DNA from: Guillardia theta CCMP2712 | Lineage: Eukaryota; Protista; Cryptophyta | Length of the DNA stretch: 33,430 bases | Assembly: GCF_000315625.1 (NCBI RefSeq) | Contig: NW_005434391.1 | Coordinates: 1 to 33,430, forward strand | Direction: 5' to 3' | Part shown: positions 11,336-22,361 of the stretch, piece by piece | Position numbering within the stretch: the first letter of the stretch is position 1 | How the letters are laid out: each line of letters starts with the position of its first letter | Made by a program: the position numbers and the translations under genes | Notes under the pieces: model-generated | The model's database searches: none | Told to the model about the DNA's origin: nothing | Seen by the model: the letters and a program-made list of their open reading frames with translations, nothing else

Positions 11336-13756
11336 CGACGACGACGACGACGACGACGATGTCCGGCCGGCCAGTTGAAAGNNNNNNNNNNNNNNNNNNN
11401 NNNNNNNNNNNNNNNNNNNNNNNNNNNNNNNNNNNNNNNNNNNNNNNNNNNNNNNNNNNNNNNNNNNNNNNNNNNNNNNNNNNNNNNNNNNNNNNNNNNN
11501 NNNNNNNNNNNNNNNNNNNNNNNNNNNNNNNNNNNNNNNNNNNNNNNNNNNNNNNNNNNNNNNNNNNNNNNNNNNNNNNNNNNNNNNNNNNNNNNNNNNN
11601 NNNNNNNNNNNNNNNNNNNNNNNNNNNNNNNNNNNNNNNNNNNNNNNNNNNNNNNNNNNNNNNNNNNNNNNNNNNNNNNNNNNNNNNNNNNNNNNNNNNN
11701 NNNNNNNNNNNNNNNNNNNNNNNNNNNNNNNNNNNNNNNNNNNNNNNNNNNNNNNNNNNNNNNNNNNNNNNNNNNNNNNNNNNNNNNNNNNNNNNNNNNN
11801 NNNNNNNNNNNNNNNNNNNNNNNNNNNNNNNNNNNNNNNNNNNNNNNNNNNNNNNNNNNNNNNNNNNNNNNNNGATGATGATGATGATGAAGAAGAAGAA
11901 GAAGAAGAAGAAGATGATGATGATGATGATGATGATGAGCAGTAGTGGGAACCCAAATAAGCTCACCAGAATTGAGAAGTTTTTGGCAGGTTGGATAGGA
12001 AGACGTCTTTCCGATTGTATCTGCTGTGAAACTGAATCGACCACCTGTAGTAACTCCATCAAGGACTGCTGCTTTCTCCTCCTCCCCTCCTCTGACACCT
12101 GTGCCCGTAATACCACTCTCGGCATTTCAGGAACTCTTCCCATGCTTCTTCTGGAATGTGATCTACATGGAGTGAGCCCTCTACCTCGCGTGAGGGGGAG
12201 AGAGATGGAGAGAAGGAGGGAGGGAGAAGGAGGGAGGGAGAAGGAGGGAGGGAGAAGGAGGGAGGGAGAAGGAGGAGGAGAGAGGGAGGAAGAGGAGGAG
12301 GAGGAGAGAGGGAGGAGGAGGAGGAGGAGGAGGAGGAGGAGGGGGGAAGTGACGAGAGAAAGGGGCTGAGGGAAGAGGAGAAGGGAAGGCGACCTGTGCG
12401 GATGGGGCTGAAGAGGAGGGAGAGCACTGCTTCCTTTGCCTCCCTCGCAGCCTTCAAGGGTCCCTGGAGCCTGAAGTTCAGCGGAGCATGGCAGCAGGGG
12501 AGGGCAGCAAGGTATGGCAGCAAGGCGGAGGAGGAGGATGAGCAGGAGGAGGAGGAGGAGGAGGAGGTACAGGAGGAGGAGGAGGTACAGGAGGAGGAGG
12601 AGGAGGAGGAGGAGGAGGAGGAGGAGGAGGAGGAAGTACAGAAGCAGGAGGAGGAGCAGCAAGACTACCTTGATACGGACCCTCCAGAAGAACAAGGGAT
12701 GTGGGGATCCCTCCTGGACGTCGTATGCTTCATCAGCCGCAAGGGTCATGGTAGATGTTTGAGACGCACCAGCATCAGGAAGTTCGCGGGTCAGGTTGAC
12801 CTCCATCAGGCCCCTCCCCTTGACAAGCTTGCCCTTGTGGGGACGAGCTGGGAAGGACTCGGATCAGCCCCCCGCAGAGCGAGGCAGCACATACCGTCCA
12901 GCTCCACTTGCACGTCGAACTTCTCGAAGAATTGAGATCCGACTATGTCAAACTAGACAAGCTGTCAACTCAAGCAGCCAGCAGGAGCACAGCTGACCGG
13001 CAGCAGGTGCTTCTCGACTCCAACGGCAGGCAGCCACAAACATTTCTCAGCTTCTTCCTCCTGGAGGGGGGAAGGGGTGAGCCACGGCCAGTCAACCCGC
13101 AAGCTTCTGAGATCTCACCGTCCAGTCGTCGAAGAAAATTTGCTCGGAGGTGGCTGGGAAGATCCTCCAGCTGATGTCTAGCATGGGAGGGAGACGTGTC
13201 AGGGAGCTGGGAAACTCTCCGTCTCTTTAGTCACCATCGTCGTCCTCCAGGCGGTGCTGCTGGCATGGAAGGGTATCGCCAGGAGGTAGGGAGAGGGATT
13301 TGGCGTCCGCAATAGAGTCGAAGTACTCAGCCATGGCCGCCATGATCTGCCGCAGGTTCTCACAACCAGTTGCCCTGCCTACTCCTCCTCCTCTTCTCCC
13401 GACCTTCTCAGCTTCCGCTCTGAATTTCCTGATCCTGATCGTGATGATTTTCCTCTCCAGCTTGCCGAGGCTCTGGAGGGGACAGGGTATGATGTCAGTT
13501 ACGGACGGGATTCAATGACCATGAGAATCGAATCGTAGGTCATCAAAATTGTTTGAGCCGATGGATAGAAACGACAATCGAACGAAAGGATAGAAAGATG
13601 ATGAAAACTACGAGACTGCGAGTGAGGGGAACATGAAATCACAAGATTTTGTCAAGTGTTGTTTCAGTCCACCAGCAGAGCCAACACGACACGCGAGAGA
13701 GGAGGAGGAGGAGGAGGAGGAGGAGGAGGAGAAGGAGAAGGCGGAGGAAGAGGAGT

Positions 13757-13809
<53 letters not shown>

Positions 13810-16800
13810 GCGCTGGAGGAGGAGGAGAAGGAGGAGGAGGAGAAGGAGGAGGAGAAGGAGGAGGAGGAGGAGGAGCAGCAGCAGCAGCAGGAAAACACGA
13901 GGATCCAAGAGCTCACACCATTTTGAAGCGCTTCTTCCTCTTGAGATCTGCAAGAGACCTCTTGACGTGCCGCAACCTCCCCTTCATCTTCTCAACTTCC
14001 CTGGCGTCCAACTTGTTGGCCAGCTGCAAGATCGCAGTCAGGGAGGCAGCAGGCGAGACGCGCGCATGTATCGACTTCATCCTTGTCCGCAGCTGAAGGC
14101 TTCAACCTGGATGACGTCAGCAAAGACTTGCAGGACGGGCAGCAGACCACTGCTCTTGGATCTTCGACTTCAGCTCCTCAGGGCAGTTTCCTGGCAGATG
14201 GCAGTCAGCAGACCACTAGACGCCTCTACTGAGAGATCTGCAGACTTGAGCTCGCTAGCTTTTGGAAGATGTAACGGATCTTGGCCTTGACCTGCGAGCT
14301 CCGACGGTCAAGGCCAGGCAAGGGGAAGGAGGTCAGGAAATGGTCACTTCAGAATCGTCGGTGCTGTTGGCCGTAAACCAAATGCAGAAGTCGTCCATGG
14401 TAACCTGGTCCCTGAGCGCCTCTGTAGCGAGCAGGCAGCCGTTATGATCACTTGCTGCAAGCATGTCCACAGGATTAGCAAACCTCGTATCTTGGTCGTG
14501 CACTTGTCATCCGTCAACACATCAAGTGCCTGCTCGTCACCATTTTCCAGCAGCATCTCGAGCAGATCTCCCAGCTCCGGTGAGACCAGATGGCGGAGTG
14601 GAAACTTGGAGTCGAAGGAGTTTGGCGGCTGCGCCTGCAAATTGCGAGGCCTGCTGTACAGGTATCGGATGAGGGCCTTGAGATCTTCAGCGGCCTCAGC
14701 AGCAGGCTTCTGGTTGCCGTCTTGCTTCTGCGATCTTCGTCGCTGCCGCGGTTGTCCTGACGATGGTTTGAGCATCATCTCCTCTGTCAGAGGAGGAGGA
14801 GGACAAGAGAAGAACGATCTGCAGAACGGTGTGAGGAAGCGAGCAAGATTCATGCACCTCTCACCTTGCGACGTAGTCCAGACAGAACATGGCAGAGTTC
14901 AGCTCCGTCTCATCGTACTGGGCAAGATTGTCCGAGGCCAGGTCTCTCAGCCATTCGTAGCTCACACCTACGACCGGGCTCGCCTTTTTGACTCGCTCCC
15001 TGGGCGGGAAGTGGTACACCAGGTCAGTGATCGTCTTCTCGCTGTTCCGATCGGACGCACTGAGTGTTATTTCCTCCACATGCAAGCCCCTCTGCTCCAC
15101 TTCCCTCGACCTCCTCGTCTTCACTCCTTGCCAGCTGTTCCGCCACAGCTCGGGGATGGCGAAGGCTGTCCAGTCGATCTTCTGCTCCGACAGGTCCTGA
15201 ATCCAATCCAACACCTTGAGAGCAGTGGACCCGTTGTATCCAAGTTCCATCAGGCGGTCAAGCTTCTCCTTTGGGATCCCTCTCTCCTCTGCCTGCTCAT
15301 GGGCATGATCAGCCTCCTGCTCCTCGTCTAATCTCCGGATATCCTCCTCCTTCAGCTCCTCCTCCACCACATCCTGCATCTCAGCCTCTGTCTGACGCAA
15401 GTCCGGCTTCGGTATCTTCCCCGCATGCACCAGGTCCCAGAAGTGCTTCAGCCCTTTCTGCATCTTTTCGCTGTACTGCTCCTGCAAAGCCCACATTTCC
15501 TGGAGGAGAAGGACGAGGAAGGAATCAGCAAATCAGTCCAACCACACAGGGACAGAGGAGGGGAACTCTCCCTGTCCTCCACTCACCTCTTGGTTGTTCT
15601 CCATGCTCACACCAGCAGGCATCGGGATGTATCCATCTCGGAGGTAGCGAACGCAGTCTCTGGGCGGGACCCACTCATCTTCCGGCACATCCATCGGCCT
15701 TGCTTCGGGGATGAGAATGTCCAGCCTCCGGATCTCCCGCTTGATGAACTCCCTGTACCGCGGGAACCGCTGCGCCCACCGATACCCCAGCTTCTTCTCG
15801 AAGTGATACTTCTGATCCTCTAGCTTCTCGCGGGGGATGATACACCCCTCCTCCAGAGGGTCGAACACTAACGGCCGGTCCATATCCAAGGAGGTCTGAC
15901 TTGCTACCTCAGCCCCTATGCTCTCCAGGAACTTCTTCCCCCACTCTGCTCCCTCCCTGTGCGGATTATTCTTGTCTCCCTCCGGGTTCTCGAAGATAGA
16001 ACGGTCGAAGTAGATGGCCTGGTCAAAGTCCGGCGCCGAGACCTCCTCTGAACTGTCCTCGTCTACCATCGCTTCCAACTGGCTCCTGGGCTGCTGCGGT
16101 TCAAAGCACAACCCCATGTGCTTGCTGATGTTGTACTTTCTCCGATACTCCCTCCTCGCCTCTCTGTTCTCCGGCGTGTCCTCAAAATCACACGGGAGAG
16201 CAACCAGGGACTCCGATGCCCCCGAAGCCTCCCTGACCCTCGGCGGAATCCAAAGCGCTCGCTCGAACTCTTCGATCGCTGCCGTCTCGTTGACCAAGAG
16301 ATCTCTCAGGCACTTTTTCCCTGCTTTGTTCAGTCGCCGCAGGTCTGCCAGCGTGTCCTCGTCCTGTAGCCTGGCACTCAACGCAATTGCGGTGAGTACC
16401 CCAATCTCTTTGCGTTCCTGCTTCGTCCTCAGTATCTCCTCCCTCTCCTGACGCTGCTTCCTCCGAACTTGTTTCAGCCGCTTCCGCTTCTTGTACTCCA
16501 GCAAGTCGCCCTTGTTGCCCACCTTGATGCTGCCATGACGTGTTCCTATCTGCATGCCCGAACGAACGCGCAACCCGGGCTTTGCGAGCTGCTTGGTATT
16601 CCTAGCTCCTCGCAATGCCATACATCTGCACATGGACTGAAGCTCGAGCTCCATCCTCAGAAGAGCGACTTCCCTACCGCACTCTCTCTTCATACAACAC
16701 AACATGGTCCTCCATGCACCAATGCGCTGAAACGCCCTCAAGGATCCTTGCCCAAGACTTTGTCCGCTCCCTACTCGCATCATGCACGAACTCCACGACT

Positions 16801-16909
16801 GCTCCCGACATCCTCCTCCTCCTCCTCCTCCTCCTCCTCCCAATCCTCCTTCCATCGTCAGAGCCGCCACGACCCCCAACATCCCCATGATGCGCCCGCC
16901 GATCCGCAT
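9905..16909 (-). CDS. Long multi-exon protein of unknown function (could be more than one gene; 3' end uncertain)
   Basis: Large first exon 15587-16909 (hydrophobic N-terminus, poly-G, basic KKRKRLKQVRRK stretch, acidic region). Then GT-AG exons 14865-15499 and ~14450-14783. Many short exons follow that read as plausible protein: LANKLDAREVEKMKGRLRHVKR, SLGKLERKIITIRIRKFRAEAEK, WRIFPATSEQIFFDDWT, FGSQFFEKFDVQVELD, HPLFFWRVRIK, LQGPLKAAREAKEAVLSLL, HIPEEAWEEFLKCREWYYG, PDFEQLELNIYEKNPP. Interrupted by microsatellite introns and two N gaps. Confidence 0.6.
10075..10500. repeat. (GAG/GAA)n purine-rich simple repeats
   Basis: gaggag/ggagaa tandem tracts at ~10075-10180 and ~10370-10490. Confidence 0.85.
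10546..10645. other. Assembly gap (100 N)
   Basis: Run of N. Confidence 1.
11266..11938. repeat. (GAT)n/(GAC)n/(GAA)n microsatellites flanking an assembly gap (N 11382-11873)
   Basis: Tandem gat/gac units before the N run and gat/gaa units after it. Confidence 0.9.
12190..12660. repeat. Intronic (GAG)n purine tracts
   Basis: Tracts at ~12190-12345 and ~12525-12660, separated by a short exon. Confidence 0.85.
13697..13891. repeat. Compound (GAG)n-(CAG)n intronic microsatellite
   Basis: Visible tandem units that generate poly-R/S/C/L/A ORFs. Confidence 0.9.
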
Positions 16910-16979
16910 GGGGTGAAAATAAAGCGATTAGCTATTGCTTTTTAAGATGAACCACCGAAAACTTGATTAGCTTGACTGA

Positions 16980-17430
16980 TCACTGAGTCGGCGCCGGAGA
17001 GCCTTAACGGTCTGATGAGTCGGAGTCGATCAGTGTAGTAACTCACTGTGGCACTGCGCCAGGGTACGGTCTGGCGGCGCGGCCCGGCGGCGGCTCCGCG
17101 CCCGGCGCCCGGCCCCGGGCCTCCGGACTCGGCCCGGCGGTGTCCGGGACTCACTCTCGGGGGCCCACCGGTGCCGGGGCGGCCGGCACGATGGTGCGGC
17201 CATGCCAGCGCCGGGGCAAAGGCTTGAAAAGTTGCCTTGCCAGTTGAAGAAGGGCCGGCCGCCCCGGATCATCCGGTCCCGGGTGCCCGCGACTGCCGCA
17301 GTGCCACCGTGCGTGACTCCCTGAGTCCGACGAACTTCAAAGGTTCGGACTCACCCTCATCACCGCCAAGCCGGGCCCGGCCGGGCTGTGGACCGTACCG
17401 CCGGTACTGTTACTCAATGTTACTTAGTTA
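16980..17430. other. GC-rich intergenic island immediately upstream of the unknown gene; same word composition as 9165-9560
   Basis: tgagtcgg x2, ggactc x3, ccgggcccggccggg, cggtac, aacttcaa. Confidence 0.55.
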
Positions 17431-17511
17431 AGTCAAAATTCAGTACGACAAGTAGAACTCGGAAAGTTTCAAGGGGGCCGACGGGGATTTCCGAGTTCAC
17501 GTGGCCCTTTT

Positions 17512-17711
17512 AAACCTTCTGGGATGAATTATTATTTTTCTTGAGTAAAGATTTGTATGAAATACTTAGTACATTGAAAGCTTAAACCTTCTTGAGATGG
17601 GATCAATTATTGAATTCCAGTCAAATGCTGATATAGTTGCAGCCTTAAAATAGATAAGAAAAAGATGGATAAGAGGGTTACAAACCTTCTTGAGATGGGA
17701 TCAATTATTGA
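17512..17711 (+). repeat. 30-bp direct repeat AAACCTTCTTGAGATGGGATCAATTATTGA (two perfect copies plus one degenerate)
   Basis: Perfect copies at 17584-17613 and 17682-17711. Internally deleted copy AAACCTTCTGGGATGAATTATT at 17512-17533. Confidence 0.85.
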
Positions 17712-18066
17712 TGCACGAGCCGCTGCGCTCAGGCTGTTCAAGTCATCGCTGCCTTCCGATGTTCAGGCAGTGAAGGCTATTGAAGCTCGTTAGCGCTGAG
17801 CAGATGCAGTTCGGTATGGCAGCCTCTGACCTGCTATGCCGAATTTACTGTAACAGTCTATTTGCAATGAAGCTTCAAACAACATCTGAAACAACAAAAT
17901 GGCAAACTCGCAGTCACGACCCGCTAAGGCTAACATCGGACTATGAGAGGCTGGGAATTGTTTGGAATATTTTCATACAACACACATAAAGGATGCACAA
18001 AACTCTTGATTTATGCCAATCTTCTCATTTTCGTGTTCTACATTTGCACGGCTGCCATTCATGTCG

Positions 18067-18735
18067 CTAGATCTCAACATCCCTGTCGCTCTTCTGCACA
18101 TACGACGCAATCCATTCTGCAGTGTACACCCAATCCAACCCCACGCTATTATTTTCATCCCGCTCCTCAAGAAATCCTTCGTCCGATGTCGTATCTGAGC
18201 CCGCAAGTATAAATTGACGCACGTCCTCCTCCTGACTATCCATGCACGTGGTGTCCTCATTCTCTCTCCCTGGGTCCTCCTCGGATGCCCTGGGTTGGAC
18301 TCTGTCACCCTGGTGACCTACAGTCACCTCCACTCCCATGCTGCTGGCTGCACGATGCTCGCTGTCTGAACCTGATCCTTCCTTTCCTTCTCGTTTCGAC
18401 CGACCTGCATTGTCTTGACTGTCGTACGTCCTCCTCGTGTATGGCCATCGGGTGATGCCGATACGCCTGCAAGCGCTCTTAAGGCTCGTAAGAGACACAC
18501 CCTGATCGCATCGCGCAGTCAGCCAGTGCTCAGCACAAGCATGGTGGGGCCTCACCAGGAAGGCGGCGGCGTCCTCTTGGCTACGGGAGAAGAGAGGCTG
18601 CAAGGTTTCGAGGGAGACGGTGACGGGGGAAAGGAAGTCTCCAGGAGCAGAGCGAAAGGTGGTGCGAGGGCGAGGGTTGATGGTGACGACTAGAGGCGGA
18701 GTTGGATGGTCGGGAGGGGGAGGAAGCAGCGCCAT
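18067..18735 (-). CDS. RWP-RK domain transcription factor (small, RKD/MID-like architecture)
   Basis: After removing the in-frame 54-nt GT-AG intron 18502-18555 the protein reads VSLETLQPLFSRSQEDAAAFL|GVSLTSLKSACRRIGITRWPY, matching the RWP-RK consensus (F..P...AA..LG...T.LK..CR..GI.RWP). Likely ATG at 18735; acidic C-terminal tail. Confidence 0.9.
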   Translation of the reverse strand: MALLPPPPDHPTPPLVVTINPRPRTTFRSAPGDFLSPVTVSLETLQPLFSRSQEDAAAFLVRPHHACAEHWLTARCDQGVSLTSLKSACRRIGITRWPYTRRTYDSQDNAGRSKREGKEGSGSDSEHRAASSMGVEVTVGHQGDRVQPRASEEDPGRENEDTTCMDSQEEDVRQFILAGSDTTSDEGFLEERDENNSVGLDWVYTAEWIASYVQKSDRDVEI

Positions 18736-19283
18736 GGCCTGACTCACGGGGATCTGAAGGGCGTCAGGACAGGTTCTACGCTGATCTCGTTTATTGACTG
18801 AGTGAATCTCAGTTTGCAACGGTTGGCTATAAACCTATTGCAAGGGTTTTATGAAAGGTTGCATGTTGATGGATCTCTGGTGACGAGTTTTAGCTGAAAC
18901 GTCGCGTAGTGAGCGGAGGAATGCCTCACTTTCATCGGTCAAAACTTTCTTTTTTGTTTGACCACGGGCCAGCCCGGTTTCAATGACTGTGTCCTCATCT
19001 ATAAAATTCAGCAATTGTTTTCAGTGAAGCACCAGGCGCAACCATGGTCAGAAGGCTTCCGGATCACATTCAATATGTATCCGATTTTCAGGTTGTACCG
19101 GATTTTATACTAAGTTTATGTTGGACAACGAATATCCTACAAATTCTAATTGCAAGAAAGATCTCAGACGGAAAAAAAATGATCGACAAGATACAAGACC
19201 ATCAGACCAAAAACCAGTCGACCAAGTAAAACAGCAATGAAGTGAAAATCGAATTGAGGTAGAGTCTACATCCGATCCACATC

Positions 19284-21152
19284 CTACAAGCCTCTAGCCC
19301 AGTCCCCCCCCGGCAGCACATACGGTGAGTTCGCCCATGACGCCGGCACCCGCTGGTGCTTGCACATGTACTTGAGTAGCTGCGCCGGTAGCTCCCCTAG
19401 CACCTTGCTCGCCAGGTCCTCCTTGCTCTTGGCTGATACGAAGGGTACAAACTGCACGATGTCCCGGTCGCTCGCCTTGCCGCTCTCGTCCACCAGCCTC
19501 CCGTTGTCCCCGTCCAGCATCACCATCTCCTCGAAGGTCTCCTCCCCTACCCCCACGATGATGACGCTCATCGGCTCCTGCCACACCTCCTGTCAGCTTC
19601 CCAAGCCCCTCCACTCCAGACCTCTTCCCTCCTCCCTCTCCCCCTCGTCTCTCCTCCCTGCACTCACGTGAGAGGCCTGGACGATGGCCTTGATCGTCTC
19701 CTGCTTGTCCGTGATGTCGCCGTCTGTGAGGATCAGGAGCACGTGGTACGCCTGCTTCTTGCACTCTCTGGCATGCATGATAGTCTGCTGGATGACCGGG
19801 GCGAAGTTGGTGGGTCCGTAGAGCTTGGTGGAGGAGATGGCGCTGCGGTAAGCCGCAAGAAGTCCTGCACGATCATGTCAAGCACGGCTCAGGCATGTTC
19901 CCCTCCCTTCTCTCGAGCGTACCGTCGACCCCCAACACCTCAGGGTCTTTCATGTTGCCGTTGAGGGGGAAGCAGTGGGATGCCTCCGAGTGCCCCGCCA
20001 CGATCCCTCCGAAGCCGTACACCGCGATCTTCTTGTCCTGGTCGTACTCGACAAGGATCTCTCCTACTCCGATCATCGCCTGCTCGTACTGGTTCAGCGA
20101 CCCGTCCGGCCGGATGTAGTGCAGCGAGTTCGGGTCCGCGGGGTCTCCGTTGGACATGGTGAAGTCGATGGCCACCGAGACCGTGAGCTCGCAGCCGTTG
20201 GAGATGTAGTCGTACAGCGTGGGGTAGCGGATGATGTGGATCCTGTCTACAGTGATGGAGCCTGGCTCTTTGGTGTTTCCTCCCGGGCGATCGTTGAGGC
20301 CAACAGTCTTCTTCTGCGCCAGCTCGTTGAACGTGGTCTCTATCCACCCGATCATGTCGTCCTTGGTTGCCGTGTCCTCGTCCCAGCACTCGAGCTTAAA
20401 CTTCTCGTCTTGCTTCCCGTTGCACAAGTCCTTCATCGACACCTGCTCGCTGCTCTCAGCTCTATCCGCCTCCCTGCTCACCCGGCATGCACGCAGGCGA
20501 TCCTAGACTCACCGTGAAGGGCTTCCACTTGGGGTTCAGGTCGTTGTCGATCGTCTCCGTTCTGTGCACGTCAGTCATCTGCCCGTCCTTGCGAAGCTTG
20601 ATGAGCTTCACGTATGGGTCCGACTTCCCCATGAAGCCGTCCTTGTTCGCCAGCTTCACCCCCCGCATCTCCACATACATCAAGTCCTTGTCTCTCCCGC
20701 CCTGCTCCTCCGACATGATCGTGATGCTCCCGGTCTCCTTCCCGTTGGAGTGCTTGAGCTTGTCCGTCAGCTTGCCCTTGACCGAGCCGATGATCTTGGA
20801 CAGCGTGCACTCTATGCTCCCGATCTCATCTCCGTCCAGCACCTTCTTGGGATCGTCAACATCGCGGACGTCAAACACAAGCCTCTGCTTCTTCTCGAAA
20901 AGGTACTGGATGTCGATCCTGGTCTGGAAGACAGGGTCCTTGCAGTCCTTGATCCACTCAGTCCGGCCGACCTCCTGCTTGGCGCCGTCGGCAGCTCGCT
21001 CGTACACGATGCAGATGGGGTCGCTCTTGCTGGTGTAGTCCTTGCTGACCAGATCTTTGCACTGGCAGGAGGGAGTCAGGGCGGAAGGCAGCACGGGAAG
21101 GAGGGATACTTACGGAGATAGTGAGGAGGATATGTGAAGTGAGTCCGGGCAT
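19284..21152 (-). CDS. CPNE: Copine (C2A-C2B-vWA), copy A, ~532 aa
   Basis: Exons 21114-21152, 20513-21061, 19923-20442, 19668-19864, 19284-19577, all GT-AG and in frame. Motifs: SKSDP, KLANKDGFMGKSDPY, VAIDFTMSNGDP..SLHY, YGFGG, SHCFPLNGN, LYGPTNFAPVI, LLILTDG, PMSVIIVGVG, RDIVQFVPF, VLGELPAQL. Confidence 0.96.
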
Positions 21153-21989
21153 AGTGACTAGACCTGCATCAAGGGATTAAGGGGTGTGACGCATTGCTGT
21201 CGGGCTGTGTTTGCGGGATAATGGACGAACATGTTGTCTCGTTTTGGGCTTACGCACATCATTTGTCATGTTCTTAGTTTGAGAAAATAATTTTCAAGTG
21301 ATTATCGCAATTCTTTTTGTCATGCTTCTGCATTTTGTTCCAATCAGTCATTGAGAGCGTTTTGGCTTTTCGTGGGAATGAGTTTTTGCGTCTTTGTATA
21401 CTCTAGCGTAATTCTGTATCCTGACCTCTCTTCATCCTCTTCTCCTATCCATGTCGTTCTTCTTGTTTCTAGAATGAATCTAGAAGCATGCTCCTGCTCT
21501 ATTCTCCTCTGATACATCCTCCCATTCCGTACACGAATAAATCGCATTTTGTCCAGGGTGGGGAAGGATTTCATTGGGGTAGTCTAAAATTTGAGGTGGG
21601 GGTACATGAACTGCGAACCTCAATATCAGGGGTCATGGGAATATCAGGTACTAATAGGGGGTGTGTGATGAAAAATGTTAACATGTAGGGGTCATCAGGA
21701 TTGGGGTGGGGTGGGGTGGGTGATCTGTAGGAGACCTTTGGCTAGCGCCAGAGGATCTTGTAGTGACTACAAGAGGTAGGGGTCAAAAGACACCTAAATT
21801 GGGGGGTACTAGGGTACTCTTGGTGCAGCACCGGTCCTTAACTATGACTAATGGTGGGTGTTGAGCTTCGACTGCTATCATCCCCCTCATACCCCCTTTT
21901 GAGTTTGTCCTGCTGTAAGTTTGAGTAAAAACTAGGAGGCGCAAATGTAGCAGGCGTAATGCATGGAAGGGACGGCGGCGATGGCGACA

Positions 21990-22260
21990 AGGGAATAGAG
22001 ATAGAGGAGAATAGAAGGAGTTAAAGGAGAAGATAAGGAGATAGAGGAGAATAGAATGAGCTAGAGGAGAATAGAATGAGCTAGAGGAGAATAGAAGGAG
22101 AAGAGGAGAATAGAAGGAGAAGAGGAGAATAGAAGGAGAAAGAGGAGAATAGAAGGAGATAGAGGAGAAAATAAGGAGAAGAGGAGAATAGAAGGAGATA
22201 GAGGTCAACAGAAGGAGATAGAGGAGAATAGAAAGGAATAAAGGAAAAGGAGACAGACGA
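21990..22260. repeat. AG-rich minisatellite (core GAGGAGAATAGAAGGAG, ~18-21-nt units) just upstream of the ORP gene
   Basis: About 10 imperfect tandem copies of aggagaatagaa, with no unique spacers. Confidence 0.85.
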
Positions 22261-22361
22261 GAAGAAAATACAGGAGGAGAGTAGGGAAGACAGAGTTCAA
22301 GAAAGGACCTAGGCAAGAAGGAAGCAGTAATGGCTCAACAGACCTGGAAGTACGTGCATAC

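Noticed and set aside
11115-12806. 563-aa ORF as a single protein
   Set aside because: It runs through N gaps and microsatellite introns (poly-L/I). Only short pieces are plausible exons.
17512-17711. CRISPR array
   Set aside because: Only two perfect repeats plus one degenerate, with unequal long spacers (~50 and ~68 bp), no cas genes and a eukaryotic context.
19975-21121. Antisense ORFs conserved across all three copine loci
   Set aside because: Their conservation simply reflects near-identical DNA of the paralogs.
21990-22260. CRISPR-like array, or the 177-aa ORF 21783-22316
   Set aside because: Low-complexity AG minisatellite without unique spacers. The ORF is a translation of the repeat.
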